This document shows positions 9,817-19,013 of a DNA stretch of 64,000 bases, one piece after another. This DNA is from an uncultured bacterium (GTDB taxonomy: Bacteria > Abyssobacteria > SURF-5 > CBDUXP01), in NCBI GenBank assembly GCA_965371225.1, contig CBDUXP010000004.1:58624-122623 (forward strand). The letters run 5' to 3'. Each line of letters starts with the position of its first letter. The first letter of the stretch is position 1. The translations under genes were made by a program, and so were the position numbers. The notes beneath the pieces are model-generated. The model was given only the letters and a program-made list of their open reading frames with translations. It was not told where the DNA came from and ran no database searches.

Positions 9817-10224
9817 TCACGGTTTGGTCGCCTCGCGCCGCTCCAGGGTTTCTAATCGTTCCAACCGTTCCTGCACCAGGGCCGCCAACGCGCGCTCGGG
9901 CAGTTGCAGGTGCCGCGCTTCCAGGAGCGCTTCGTCGATCAGGTGCGCCACGATCCCGCGCCGCTCGGCCATGGAGAGCGCCACCGCCCGATCCCGCACG
10001 AAGGAACCGGACCCGTGGCGGGCCTCGACCAGGCCTTGGTGCTCCAGCTCCCGGTAGGCTTTGGCCACGGTGTTCGGGTTCACCGTGAGTTGCTGCGCCA
10101 GCTCGCGGACGGATGGCAGGCGATCCTGCGGCTTCAGGGCCCCCAGCGCGACCGCGTGGCGGATCTCACGCGCGATCTGTTTGTAGATGGGGGTGCCGTC
10201 GCGGGAGTCGATTCGAAGGTACAT
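9817..10224 (-). CDS. GntR-family regulator, YtrA subfamily
   Basis: PIYKQI, LPSVRELA..L.VNPNTV.KAY.ELE; short C-terminus; precedes ABC genes. Confidence 0.93.
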   Translation of the reverse strand: MYLRIDSRDGTPIYKQIAREIRHAVALGALKPQDRLPSVRELAQQLTVNPNTVAKAYRELEHQGLVEARHGSGSFVRDRAVALSMAERRGIVAHLIDEALLEARHLQLPERALAALVQERLERLETLERREATKP

Positions 10225-10249
10225 GCCGTGCGACAGTCGGTAACGCAGA

Positions 10250-10289
10250 GTGTCTACTGTAATAATACACTCAACACCTGTGCCGGGCA
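10250..10289 (-). promoter_or_regulatory. Promoter with overlapping YtrA-type palindromic operator
   Basis: TTGCCC-17-TATTAT; imperfect palindrome GTGTATTATTACAGTAGACAC (10250-10270) overlaps the -10. Confidence 0.75.
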
Positions 10290-10346
10290 AGCGAAATCTT
10301 CATGGTCGCGGCCGCCCGCGTTGTATCCGGTTCCCCGTGGGCGGGG

Positions 10347-10994
10347 CTAGCGCTGGGCGGCGTGGAGGCGGTGTGGGCGCGGGGTCTGGAACTGGGGATG
10401 CGGCGCGATGGCCGCGTCCTGGTCGCGCCACGCCCGGGCGAGCCGGCGCGCTTCCGCGACCTGTTCCGGCGCCATGCGGGCCGCGAGTGCATCCCGCGTT
10501 AGCGCGGCCTTGGGATGCCCCTGACTCGCCGCCAAGTTCAGCCACGCAAAGGCTCGCACGAAATCCTGCGGGGCCCGTCTGCCGGTGTAATGGGCCAGCC
10601 CCAGGGCGAACTGGGCTTCCGCGTGGCCCTGCACCGCCGCCTGCCGGTACCAGGCCAGGGCTCGGGGGTAATCCTGGCGGACCACGGTGCCCGCCGCGTA
10701 GAGCGTGCCGAGGTTGAATTGCGCTTCCGCCAGCCCCTGGACGGCGGCCTGACTGCACCACTTGACCGCCAAGGCGGGGCTCTGCCGGATCCCTTCCCCG
10801 CCTGCGTACAGCATGCTCAGCCCGTACTGCGCTTTCGGGTGCCCCTGCTCGGCCGCGGTGCGCCATTCGGCGAACGCTGTCGAAAAGTCGCCGCGCTTAT
10901 AGGCGGTGAGGCCCGTCTGAAAATCTGCCCACGCGGCCCCGGCCCCGAGGAAGCACGCGAGCCCGCCGACGCCGATCATGGTGAGACCGCGCAT
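10347..10994 (-). CDS. Secreted Sel1-repeat protein
   Basis: Signal peptide ending AAWA-D; repeated AA.QG..AQ..LG..Y..G motifs; GGAGG RBS. Confidence 0.9.
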   Translation of the reverse strand: MRGLTMIGVGGLACFLGAGAAWADFQTGLTAYKRGDFSTAFAEWRTAAEQGHPKAQYGLSMLYAGGEGIRQSPALAVKWCSQAAVQGLAEAQFNLGTLYAAGTVVRQDYPRALAWYRQAAVQGHAEAQFALGLAHYTGRRAPQDFVRAFAWLNLAASQGHPKAALTRDALAARMAPEQVAEARRLARAWRDQDAAIAPHPQFQTPRPHRLHAAQR

Positions 10995-11183
10995 CGTTCC
11001 CCTCCACTTCAGGCAGGCACCCGCTGGAGATTCTACTGCAATATCGGCCCGGAACCTCCTGGCTTGACAGGGGATACCGATCGAGAGACGCACCCCTGGG
11101 GCGTGAACGATCGCGTGAGGGCCCCCAGGGCGGCCAGGGGCAGGCGCGAATAATAATGGTTGCCGGGCGGGGCTGTCCCGGCC

Positions 11184-11699
11184 CTACACGGCGGGGCTGC
11201 GTTGCCAGTCTTCGCAGGTCTCGGCCCGGGCCTTGGCGGGCCACTGTCCCCGTCCGGCTTGGACCCGGGTGGCGAGCATGGGCTTGCGGCAATTGCCCCG
11301 TTGGGCCGACCGGCGTTCCGTAATCGGGTACCAGTGAGAGCATGTGACGCACTGGTGGGACACGGCCGGCATGGGGACATCCAACCCGTCGCTGTAGGCG
11401 GGCCGGTGCGCGCCCATGATGGGCCGGATGTACCGGAACGTGGCTGGGGTCCGGAAGTGCCCGTCGACCGCCTTCGCGATCTCCCGGGCGAGCACGCGTG
11501 CGTTCCGGAAGTGGCCGTCGCGAACTTCGGGAACGGTTGCCGCCTCTGCGGTTTGCATCTGGTGCTGAATCGCGGCTGCGCGCTGCGCGATCAGTCGCGC
11601 CAGCCACCCTGTATCCCGGCGCGGGTTGCTGTCCGAATTCCCCTTGCGTGTGGAGTGTTGCGAGAGCCCTGCAGAAGACATGCGGGTTGGAGGGCGCAT
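11184..11699 (-). CDS. Hypothetical protein with C-terminal Cys cluster
   Basis: CVTCSHW...GNC...C; fills the gap between neighbouring genes on the same strand; start uncertain. Confidence 0.5.
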   Translation of the reverse strand: MRPPTRMSSAGLSQHSTRKGNSDSNPRRDTGWLARLIAQRAAAIQHQMQTAEAATVPEVRDGHFRNARVLAREIAKAVDGHFRTPATFRYIRPIMGAHRPAYSDGLDVPMPAVSHQCVTCSHWYPITERRSAQRGNCRKPMLATRVQAGRGQWPAKARAETCEDWQRSPAV

Positions 11700-11784
11700 G
11701 TGAAAAGCCTACGGTCGGATCGGGACCGCCGCAACGCTGGGAAGCCGGGCGGAACCTTGCCGGCTGCGGCCCGGCTGAGGGTGC

Positions 11785-12447
11785 CTACCGGGCGCCGCGG
11801 CGGCGGAGCAGGGCGGCTAGCTCCAAACGGTCGTCGCGCTGGGCCATGCTCAGCGGCGTCCACCCTTCCTTGGAGCGGGCGTCCATGTCCGCCCCGTAAA
11901 TCAGCAGCAGGGTGGCGACGGTGCAGTCGCCGGTCATCGCGCACCGGTGCAGGGGGGTCCAATGCGAAAAACTGCGCGCGGTGGCATCGGCCCCGTGTTG
12001 CAGTAGGAACCGCACGATCTGTTCCTGCCGTCCCTTGCGCCAGAAGTTTCCCGCGGCCGCGTGCAGAGGTGTCTCGCCCCAAGCATCGCACGCATCGATA
12101 TGGGCCCCGTGGTCCAGCAAGAGGCGCGCGACGTCCTGGTGGCCTTCCGCGGCTGCCCGGTGCAGGGCCGTCCCGTCCTGTCCCCCGTTCACATCGACGC
12201 CTTCTTGGATCAACTGGCCCACTCCGACGACGTTGCCCAGCTCCGCGGCCCGGAGCAGTTGCTGCTCGACGCGGGACGTGCGGCGAAGCTCGACCGTTCT
12301 GGGCATCCAGCCATGAATGTGTTGCACCCGCCAATGCACGGGTTTGAGGGTCCGCTTGGCCCGGGCTTTCCGTTTGGCCGGCCGGCGCACCGTGCGCTCC
12401 GCGCGTGTACTCTGCTTCGCCACTAGGGGTAACTGCATCCCAGCCAT
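11785..12447 (-). CDS. Ankyrin-repeat protein
   Basis: About 5 G.TALH/TPLH.A repeats; GGAGG RBS before ATG 12447. Confidence 0.9.
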   Translation of the reverse strand: MAGMQLPLVAKQSTRAERTVRRPAKRKARAKRTLKPVHWRVQHIHGWMPRTVELRRTSRVEQQLLRAAELGNVVGVGQLIQEGVDVNGGQDGTALHRAAAEGHQDVARLLLDHGAHIDACDAWGETPLHAAAGNFWRKGRQEQIVRFLLQHGADATARSFSHWTPLHRCAMTGDCTVATLLLIYGADMDARSKEGWTPLSMAQRDDRLELAALLRRRGAR

Positions 12448-12731
12448 TCTTCCCTCCACGACTCGTGTGAGTTCCACTGGCTGTCGGGCGGCTGCGGGGG
12501 TCGGGAGGCGCCGGAAACCTGGCGCGGCGGGTCGAGGACAGCCGACTGACGTTCGTCCAACTAGCCTGCAAGGATATCGCTGCCCGGGCCCTCACGGCGT
12601 ACCACAATAGGCATTTGGGGGAGGCCGGCAAGGTCTTCCTCCCTCCTGTCCCTTGGCCCGGCCCAGGGCCGCGCGGGCAGCCTTCTGGTCCCTGGGCTGA
12701 TAGCGTGGTAGCGCGAGAGGAGGCATGCCGC

Positions 12732-13103
12732 ATGTCCGCCAGCGAGGCCCGGCAGGCCATCGAGGACTTCTTTAAAGGGTTCAACGGACGGGATATCGAG
12801 GTCATTCGGACCGCCCTGCACTATCCGCACGTGCGCCTGGCCAGCGGCCGCGTGATGGTGACCGAAACCCCCGGCGAGTACCGCATCCCGTTCGAACGGC
12901 TCGCGGAGGTGGAGGGGTGGCACCACAGCACGCTCGACGCGGCCGACGTGGTCCACGCGGGGCCGGACAAGGTGCACTTCGACGTGCGCTTCAGCCGCTA
13001 TCGGGAAGACGGGACGCGGTACGCGGAGCACCAGGCGCTGTGGGTCGTGACGCGCCAGGGCGACCACTGGGGTGTGCAGGCGCGGTCCAGTTACGCCCCC
13101 TAG
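12732..13103 (+). CDS. NTF2/SnoaL-like small protein
   Basis: FF.GFN.RD....ALHYPHVR, KVH..V.FSRY..DG pattern. Confidence 0.75.
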   Translation: MSASEARQAIEDFFKGFNGRDIEVIRTALHYPHVRLASGRVMVTETPGEYRIPFERLAEVEGWHHSTLDAADVVHAGPDKVHFDVRFSRYREDGTRYAEHQALWVVTRQGDHWGVQARSSYAP

Positions 13104-15052
13104 CCGTCCCGCCCGCGATCGCTCCGCGAACGGTGGCGCTCCCGCAAATGGGCTAGCGTCGCCTCAAGGCGCTCCCGTTCACTCCCGTGCCCTGGCGGCA
13201 AGTTGTAGCTGAACGCCCACTGCTGAGCCGCGTAGTCCACCTCCAGTTCGCCCATGACGACCCGGTCACTGGACCCGGGCCGGAGGTCCGACCACGCGGG
13301 GAACCCGAGATCGCGGTTCAGGGTCCGCTTGAAGTACAGGGACTCGTAGTAGCGCTTGCCGGTGACGCCCTGGATACTCGCGTCCAGCCGGGCCACGCGC
13401 CGGAGAAACGCATGCGTGCCCGCCGTGGGGCTGTCCACGGCGCCCGCGTCAAATTTGGTGTTCATGGGCGCCCGTTGCCAGTTCATGCCGTAGGTATATT
13501 GGAAGAGATCGTTTTGCCAGAACGACAGCCGCCGGCCAGTGTGGTCCGTGAGGGGGACGACGCGAATGGGCGTCCCCTCCTGATCCGTCTCATACAGGAT
13601 GGTGAAACTTTCGTCCATGAACAGGGCGTTGGCGTTCAGGACGTCAACCCGCCTCTGGCCAAACAGGAGGTACCACTCGCTCACCTCGGAGGTGGCGAGC
13701 GGTTGCGCCCACGCAAATCCGATGTCCGGTGGAAGGGCGATTACGAGGTGCACGGGCAAGAAAAGCGCCATGGCAACCATGAGCCCGTTCTGGAGCCGGC
13801 GGCTGAACGCAGGAACCGGAAGGGGAACACTGGGGGCGGCGGCCCGGGGCTGCTCCGAAGGGAATTCCCGGTTGGGTGCCTCGCCGGGCGGGCCACCCCG
13901 CATCCACCGGGGCCCCAGACCAGTCACTTTGCCGAGGGCCACAATGGGGAAGAGCAACATCAACGGGAAGACGCGCAGCGTGAGGGCCCAGTAGGCGTCG
14001 TAGCCAACCCACAGGGTTCCCTTCCGTTCGAGGACCGGTCCCCCGCCGGCGGCGGCGGCCTCCTGCACCCGTTCGGGCGCCTGGATCAGTTCAGTGGTCG
14101 TGACGCGTTCGTAGAAGTCGCACCGTTCGATCCACCGCCGGAGGCGGCGGGTGCGTGGGTGGTGGCCGTCCGAGTAGAAAGTCACCGCGGGGACGGGAAT
14201 CACGCCTGTGTAATTGAACGTGAGCAGCCACATGCACAGTTCTGCCCCCGGGAGATACCCGAGAGGCAGGAAAAAGATCGACACCAGGTAGAACGCCAAG
14301 CCCTGCAGAACGGCAAACGGGCGCGTCCATTTCCAATACATGAGCGGGAGGAACAGCATCTCCCAAGAGAGCTGCACGATCAGGGCCACGGAGCAGAACA
14401 GGTCGAATGCCCACGGCACCGCGTTGCGAAACGCGATCATGGATGCATACTGGCGCACCCAGGCGGGCGAGACGGTCATGATCTGTAGCACTTCTGCGCG
14501 ACGCCAATTCGGATCCTGCACGTGGTAGATCGATGCGATGGCTGCGACGAACCAGAACAGCGCGATGAGCAGCCACCGGACCCGCGCCAGCCCGGCTCGG
14601 TCCGGGGACACCGCACACACATACAGCGCGCGAATCACCCGCCCGACGATGGGGGCCCGCGCCAACCGGGCATCTACGCTGGCCGTGCGGCCAGCGCCCA
14701 GGAAGATCAAGCCCCACGCCACGATGGTTTGCACCTGGTCGCCCAGTGTGAACCCGAACGGGGACGGCGAAAAGTACTGAATGATTAGCAGCGCCAAGGC
14801 GAGGGGGGTGGCAAACCCCACGACGACGCACACACCCAGCGCCGCGCCTATGATTGCCCGTAGCCCCATGACGCGGGGATTGTCGGACAACACCGCGAAG
14901 CCGGCCACGTCGATATAGCCGTGGACCAGATTCAGGCCCCAGATCACGCGGACGAGCGTCACATTGCGCGCGATCATTCCCGGCGTCGCCGGGAGGGCGA
15001 AGGGAGCGAATACCCAGCGGCGCGTCCGGGACCATGGACCTTCGTGCGTCAT
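13100..15052 (-). CDS. HTTM-like membrane protein with internal degenerate DCC1-like domain
   Basis: TM block with SVDA and W..AE motifs, followed by a FYSDG..R..G..AY segment typical of DCC1-like domains. Confidence 0.6.
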   Translation of the reverse strand: MTHEGPWSRTRRWVFAPFALPATPGMIARNVTLVRVIWGLNLVHGYIDVAGFAVLSDNPRVMGLRAIIGAALGVCVVVGFATPLALALLIIQYFSPSPFGFTLGDQVQTIVAWGLIFLGAGRTASVDARLARAPIVGRVIRALYVCAVSPDRAGLARVRWLLIALFWFVAAIASIYHVQDPNWRRAEVLQIMTVSPAWVRQYASMIAFRNAVPWAFDLFCSVALIVQLSWEMLFLPLMYWKWTRPFAVLQGLAFYLVSIFFLPLGYLPGAELCMWLLTFNYTGVIPVPAVTFYSDGHHPRTRRLRRWIERCDFYERVTTTELIQAPERVQEAAAAGGGPVLERKGTLWVGYDAYWALTLRVFPLMLLFPIVALGKVTGLGPRWMRGGPPGEAPNREFPSEQPRAAAPSVPLPVPAFSRRLQNGLMVAMALFLPVHLVIALPPDIGFAWAQPLATSEVSEWYLLFGQRRVDVLNANALFMDESFTILYETDQEGTPIRVVPLTDHTGRRLSFWQNDLFQYTYGMNWQRAPMNTKFDAGAVDSPTAGTHAFLRRVARLDASIQGVTGKRYYESLYFKRTLNRDLGFPAWSDLRPGSSDRVVMGELEVDYAAQQWAFSYNLPPGHGSERERLEATLAHLRERHRSRSDRGRDG

Positions 15053-15230
15053 TGGTCTTGCATGCTACTTTCACCGGAGCGGAAGCAGGCCGATGGTAGC
15101 ACACGCGGCTGGATCGCCTATGCGGGGCCCCTGCCGCACGATCCCGTGGCCGAGGTTTGGCGGCGGCAATATCCCCAGTAGTGAGGCGCCACACAGCGCT
15201 GACGGCTCATCTGCGTGTATCCTTCCTCGC

Positions 15231-15992
15231 ATGGTCACTTCAGCGAACGGGAGCGGAGATCAGGTACAGCAGGAATCCCCTGAGGAATCCCCCGCCGTGG
15301 TGGCGCGGCGGTTCGTGCGCACCCGCGGCGTCGGCGTGCTGTCGACGCATTCGGTCGACCTCCCGGGCTACCCGTTCGGCTCGGTGACGCCGTACGCGCT
15401 GACCCCCGAGGGGATGCCCATCGTGCTGGTCAGTGCGATCGCGCAGCACACGCAAAACATGAACGCCCATCCGGAAGTCTGCCTGACCGTGCTGGACGAC
15501 GACAGCCCCGACAAGCAAGCGGCCGCCCGCGTGTCCATCCTCGGCAAGGCGCACTGCCCCCGGCCGACCGACCTGGAGGCGATCCGGGCCCGCTACATGG
15601 CGCACTTCCCGGGCCACTGGCGGTACTTTGAGGCGCACGACTTCGCGTTCTACCGCATCACGCCTACGCGGGTGCGGTACATCGGCGGCTTCGGCAACAT
15701 TCACTGGGTAGAAGCTGCGGACTGGACCCTGCCCGCTTCCGCCTGGGCCGCTGCGGAACGGCGCGTGCTGGACCACATGAACGCGGACCACCGGGACACG
15801 CTGCGCGACCTGTGCCGGCACTACCACGGCACCACCGAGCTGGAACCCGAGCTGATCGCACTCGATCCTGAAGGATTTCACGTGCGCGGTGCCACCCGCG
15901 TCTATTACTTCGCGTATGCCGCGGCCTGTGTCACGGTGGACAGCATCCGGGCCGAGATGGTCCGCATGGCGCTCGCGGCACGGGCCGCGTAA
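15231..15992 (+). CDS. HugZ-family split-barrel (PNPOx-like) protein with DUF2470-like domain
   Basis: LST.S....GYPFGS, S.IAQH..N, RYIGGFG.I.W, HMN.DH. Confidence 0.9.
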   Translation: MVTSANGSGDQVQQESPEESPAVVARRFVRTRGVGVLSTHSVDLPGYPFGSVTPYALTPEGMPIVLVSAIAQHTQNMNAHPEVCLTVLDDDSPDKQAAARVSILGKAHCPRPTDLEAIRARYMAHFPGHWRYFEAHDFAFYRITPTRVRYIGGFGNIHWVEAADWTLPASAWAAAERRVLDHMNADHRDTLRDLCRHYHGTTELEPELIALDPEGFHVRGATRVYYFAYAAACVTVDSIRAEMVRMALAARAA

Positions 15993-16035
15993 CGCCGCCT
16001 CCGCCGCGGGCCGTCGGGACGAAGGCGGGAACGCG

Positions 16036-17235
16036 TTATGGGGCAGACTGGCGGCCGCTTATGCCAGCGCCGCCCAGTGCGTCCACGATGACAGCCGCCA
16101 TGGCGGCGTGCGCGTCCGGATTCGGGTGCCCGTCCACTTTCCGCGGGGGATTGCCATGCCGAAAGGCATAGCTCCCTTCATAGGCCGCTAGCCTCGGTTC
16201 GGGCAGCTCGGCTAACAGGGCGCCGGTGACGTTCACCACCTGCGCCTCAGGCAGGCCCAAATCAGCCTCCACAAAGTCCGGTTGGCCATCCAAAGGCCAC
16301 CACATGTACAGGACGATCATCTGCGCATCGTTCTGGGCGCACACCGCTGCGATTTCCCCTAGCGCCAGCCGGAGGACCGCCAGCCGATCGTCCGGAAGAT
16401 CCGCAAGTGTCCCCCAACGCTGTTGGACGCGGTACTGCAGCAGGTGTAGGTCGTCGCGGGACACCCGGCGCCAGCCGACCTGTCGCAGGAAAGTGGCAAA
16501 TCCTGGGCGATGCTCCCCCCGCTGCATGTACCGATAGAGAGGCAGGTCCCAAAAGACCGTCTCGAATACGGGCGGCAGGATCTCGATGGAGCCGTCACCT
16601 CCCTTCCCGAAATGGGGCCTCGCCTTCAACCCAGCCAAGCCCTTTTGAATCGGCGAGAGGGAGCGCTGGATCAGCCACGGCGAGGTCTGGACCAGCACAA
16701 TATCGGGCCGGTGCTCGGGAATCGCCAGCCGCGCCCGCAAGACGCATTCCGCTAGTCCGTAGCCTGAGACTCCCGCATTGATGGCGCGACCATCCAGGGC
16801 GGCGGCGACCCGCTCAACGTAGACGTCTTCCGCGGGACACCTGTAGCCGTAGGTCCACGAATCCCCGAAAGCCATGATGCGTGGCCCGGTTTCCGGCGGC
16901 TGAGGCAGGTTGGCTGCGGGCACGCGCATGCTCCGCGCGTCGTGCCGTAAGGGGATTTCCGCATCCCGGCCGAATCGCATGACGCCTTCCACGTTCGGGG
17001 CGGTGACGTACCCCATGGTGGGATGTGGCACGTGGGCGGGCGCGCTCCACACGTATTTCCCGCTCGACAGGTCGCGATAATACGCGTACGCGCGAACGAC
17101 GACGCTGCCAACATAGGCCAGCGCTACCACGAGTCCGCATAAACCCAGTGCGAACTGCACGCGCCGGCCGACCGATAGACGCCCGACCGACAGATCACCG
17201 GTGGGTTTGTCCGCTGCGGATCTTGTCTCACTCAT
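16036..17235 (-). CDS. Membrane-anchored SGNH/GDSL hydrolase-like protein
   Basis: N-terminal TM; FGDSWTYG, NAGVSGYG, DGHPN. Confidence 0.8.
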   Translation of the reverse strand: MSETRSAADKPTGDLSVGRLSVGRRVQFALGLCGLVVALAYVGSVVVRAYAYYRDLSSGKYVWSAPAHVPHPTMGYVTAPNVEGVMRFGRDAEIPLRHDARSMRVPAANLPQPPETGPRIMAFGDSWTYGYRCPAEDVYVERVAAALDGRAINAGVSGYGLAECVLRARLAIPEHRPDIVLVQTSPWLIQRSLSPIQKGLAGLKARPHFGKGGDGSIEILPPVFETVFWDLPLYRYMQRGEHRPGFATFLRQVGWRRVSRDDLHLLQYRVQQRWGTLADLPDDRLAVLRLALGEIAAVCAQNDAQMIVLYMWWPLDGQPDFVEADLGLPEAQVVNVTGALLAELPEPRLAAYEGSYAFRHGNPPRKVDGHPNPDAHAAMAAVIVDALGGAGISGRQSAP

Positions 17236-17589
17236 CGTCAAACACGCCGGCTTGCCGCCGTGCATCCATAGCATACCCTCGGGCTACACGAAGGGGATCT
17301 GTGTCGGTAAGCGCCGCATCGGCCGCCCACTCCCCCTCATCGGCGTCATCGGCGAGTCCAACTCCCTCTCGTGGACGAGGTGCCTCGCCCTCATCAAACG
17401 GGCGACGCGTTTGTGCCGGTTGGTGCGTACCGCATCGAGGCAATCGCCTCGGAGAAAGTGAGTAGAGTCTGGGGGGCTGGCGTCCGGGGCGACCGAGTAG
17501 TAACTTATGTCGCAGGGGGGTGGGGTATGCAGGAAGTACTGCCGGCCGCGCCGGGGGTGGGAAGCTCCGCGCTGCGGCCACGCGAAGCC

Positions 17590-17919
17590 ATGACGTGTCC
17601 GACCTGTGCGCACACGGTGCCGGGGTCGACGCGTGTGTGCCCGAACTGCTTTAGTCTGCTGGATTCCGTGTGTGAAGGCTGCGGCGGGCAGCTGGACGTG
17701 CGCCGCCTGCGGGTGCGTATTGCGAGTGGGCTCCGACTGGCGTTGGAAATCGTGGGCGTGCTGGTAATCATCGCCACGTTCGCTTCCATTGTCGGGCCGT
17801 TCCTCGGGCTGCTGCTCATCTTGCTTGCGGAACGGTTCGGCTACCGGACGGAGGCGCACCACTTCTGTGCGGCCTGTCGGAAGCAGCACCAACCGCGACC
17901 CGCCGCACGGCTCACGTAA
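17590..17919 (+). CDS. Zinc-ribbon membrane protein
   Basis: CPTC..CPNC..CEGC, two TM helices, then CAAC. Confidence 0.65.
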   Translation: MTCPTCAHTVPGSTRVCPNCFSLLDSVCEGCGGQLDVRRLRVRIASGLRLALEIVGVLVIIATFASIVGPFLGLLLILLAERFGYRTEAHHFCAACRKQHQPRPAARLT

Positions 17920-17992
17920 GCCTCAGGCAGCGGACGGCGGGGCACCAGGGCGGGGTGGGACGCCGAGCCGTGTCCCACGTGCGGCACTGTAG

Positions 17993-18064
17993 TAGCCCCT
18001 ACCAGAATCGAACTGGTGTTTGATGGCTGAGAACCACCCGTCCTAACCACTAGACGAAGGGGCC
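17993..18064 (-). tRNA. tRNA-Glu(CTC), CCA not encoded
   Basis: GGCCCCTTCGTCTAGTGGTTAGGAC-GGGTGGTT[CTC]AGCCATC-...GTTCGATTC...AGGGGCTA cloverleaf; followed by CTA. Confidence 0.92.
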
Positions 18065-18143
18065 AGAAAGAGGCGCGATCGGGAAACCCCGCCGCGCCGA
18101 ACTCAATATAGGGGTTTCACGGGACAGCGTGCAACCACGCGCC

Positions 18144-18671
18144 TCAGCGGTATGCGGCGAGCCCGATCATGCCGGCGGCGACGATGGCCCACGCGGGGTG
18201 GAGCCCCAAGAACGCGATGACGCCAAACGTGGCGGCGCTGATGACGCCGGTGCTCATATTGGTGACCGCGCGCGGGAACATCTCCCAGACAACCACAAGA
18301 AGGAGACCGACCACGGCTGGGCGCACGGCCTTGAGCGTGCCGGCGACGAGCGGCGAGTCCTTGAACTGCAGGAACATGGACATGAGCAGAAGCATGGCGA
18401 CGAGCGAGGGCAAGACAATGGCCACGTTCGCCACGATGACGCCGGGGATGCCGGCCACCTGGATACCGACGATGCCGGCCATCTTGCAGGCGATGGGCCC
18501 CGGCAGCGCGTAGCCCATGGCGAGCGCGTCGGTGAACTCCTCGATGGTCATCCACTGGTGGACGTCCACCACCTCCTCCTGGATGAGCGGGATCATGGAG
18601 GGCCCCCCGCCATAGGCCAAGATCCCCACCTTGAAGAACGACCAGGTCAACTGTCCAAGCTCGGTCAGCAT
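18144..18671 (-). CDS. Short-chain chromate transporter (CHR family)
   Basis: FFKVG..AYGGG, W.T.EEF....A....LPGP. Confidence 0.9.
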   Translation of the reverse strand: MLTELGQLTWSFFKVGILAYGGGPSMIPLIQEEVVDVHQWMTIEEFTDALAMGYALPGPIACKMAGIVGIQVAGIPGVIVANVAIVLPSLVAMLLLMSMFLQFKDSPLVAGTLKAVRPAVVGLLLVVVWEMFPRAVTNMSTGVISAATFGVIAFLGLHPAWAIVAAGMIGLAAYR

Positions 18672-18855
18672 CAGCTCCCCTTCTCAGTCAGGTATACGCT
18701 CCCGGGCGGGCGTGGAGTTGCGTCGGCCCCGGAGCGCGAACGCCCCGACGGAGGTGGGGCGTCAACGCTCGAGGAAACACTGGGGAAACACTTGGGCGCC
18801 ATTCGCGGTGGTGAACGGTCGTCGTAGGTCGTTCAGGACAAAACCCACAATGCGA

Positions 18856-18881
18856 CAACGGCGCGGAATTCCGCGCCGTTG
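18856..18881 (-). terminator. Perfect 26-bp palindrome directly 3' of tRNA-Gln (terminator or processing hairpin)
   Basis: CAACGGCGCGGAATTCCGCGCCGTTG is self-complementary; no clear U-tract. Confidence 0.55.
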
Positions 18882-18882
18882 G

Positions 18883-18958
18883 TGGCTGGGGAGGCAGGAC
18901 TCGAACCTGCAATCCCCTGATCCAGAGTCAGGTGCCTTACCAATTTGGCCACTCCCCA
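18883..18958 (-). tRNA. tRNA-Gln(CTG)
   Basis: TGGGGAGTGGCCAAATTGGTAAGGCACCTGACT[CTG]GATCAGG...GGTTCGAGTCC...CCCCAGCCA. Confidence 0.96.
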
Positions 18959-19013
18959 AAATCGCGTCCGTGGGAACGCGCCGGGCCCAGGCTAGCAGCG
19001 CTCCGGGGCCACG

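Noticed and set aside
18101-18116. ACTCAATATAGGGG as another NrdR box
   Set aside because: Single site with a mismatch at a key position; better explained as the -10 (TATATT) of the tRNA-Glu promoter.
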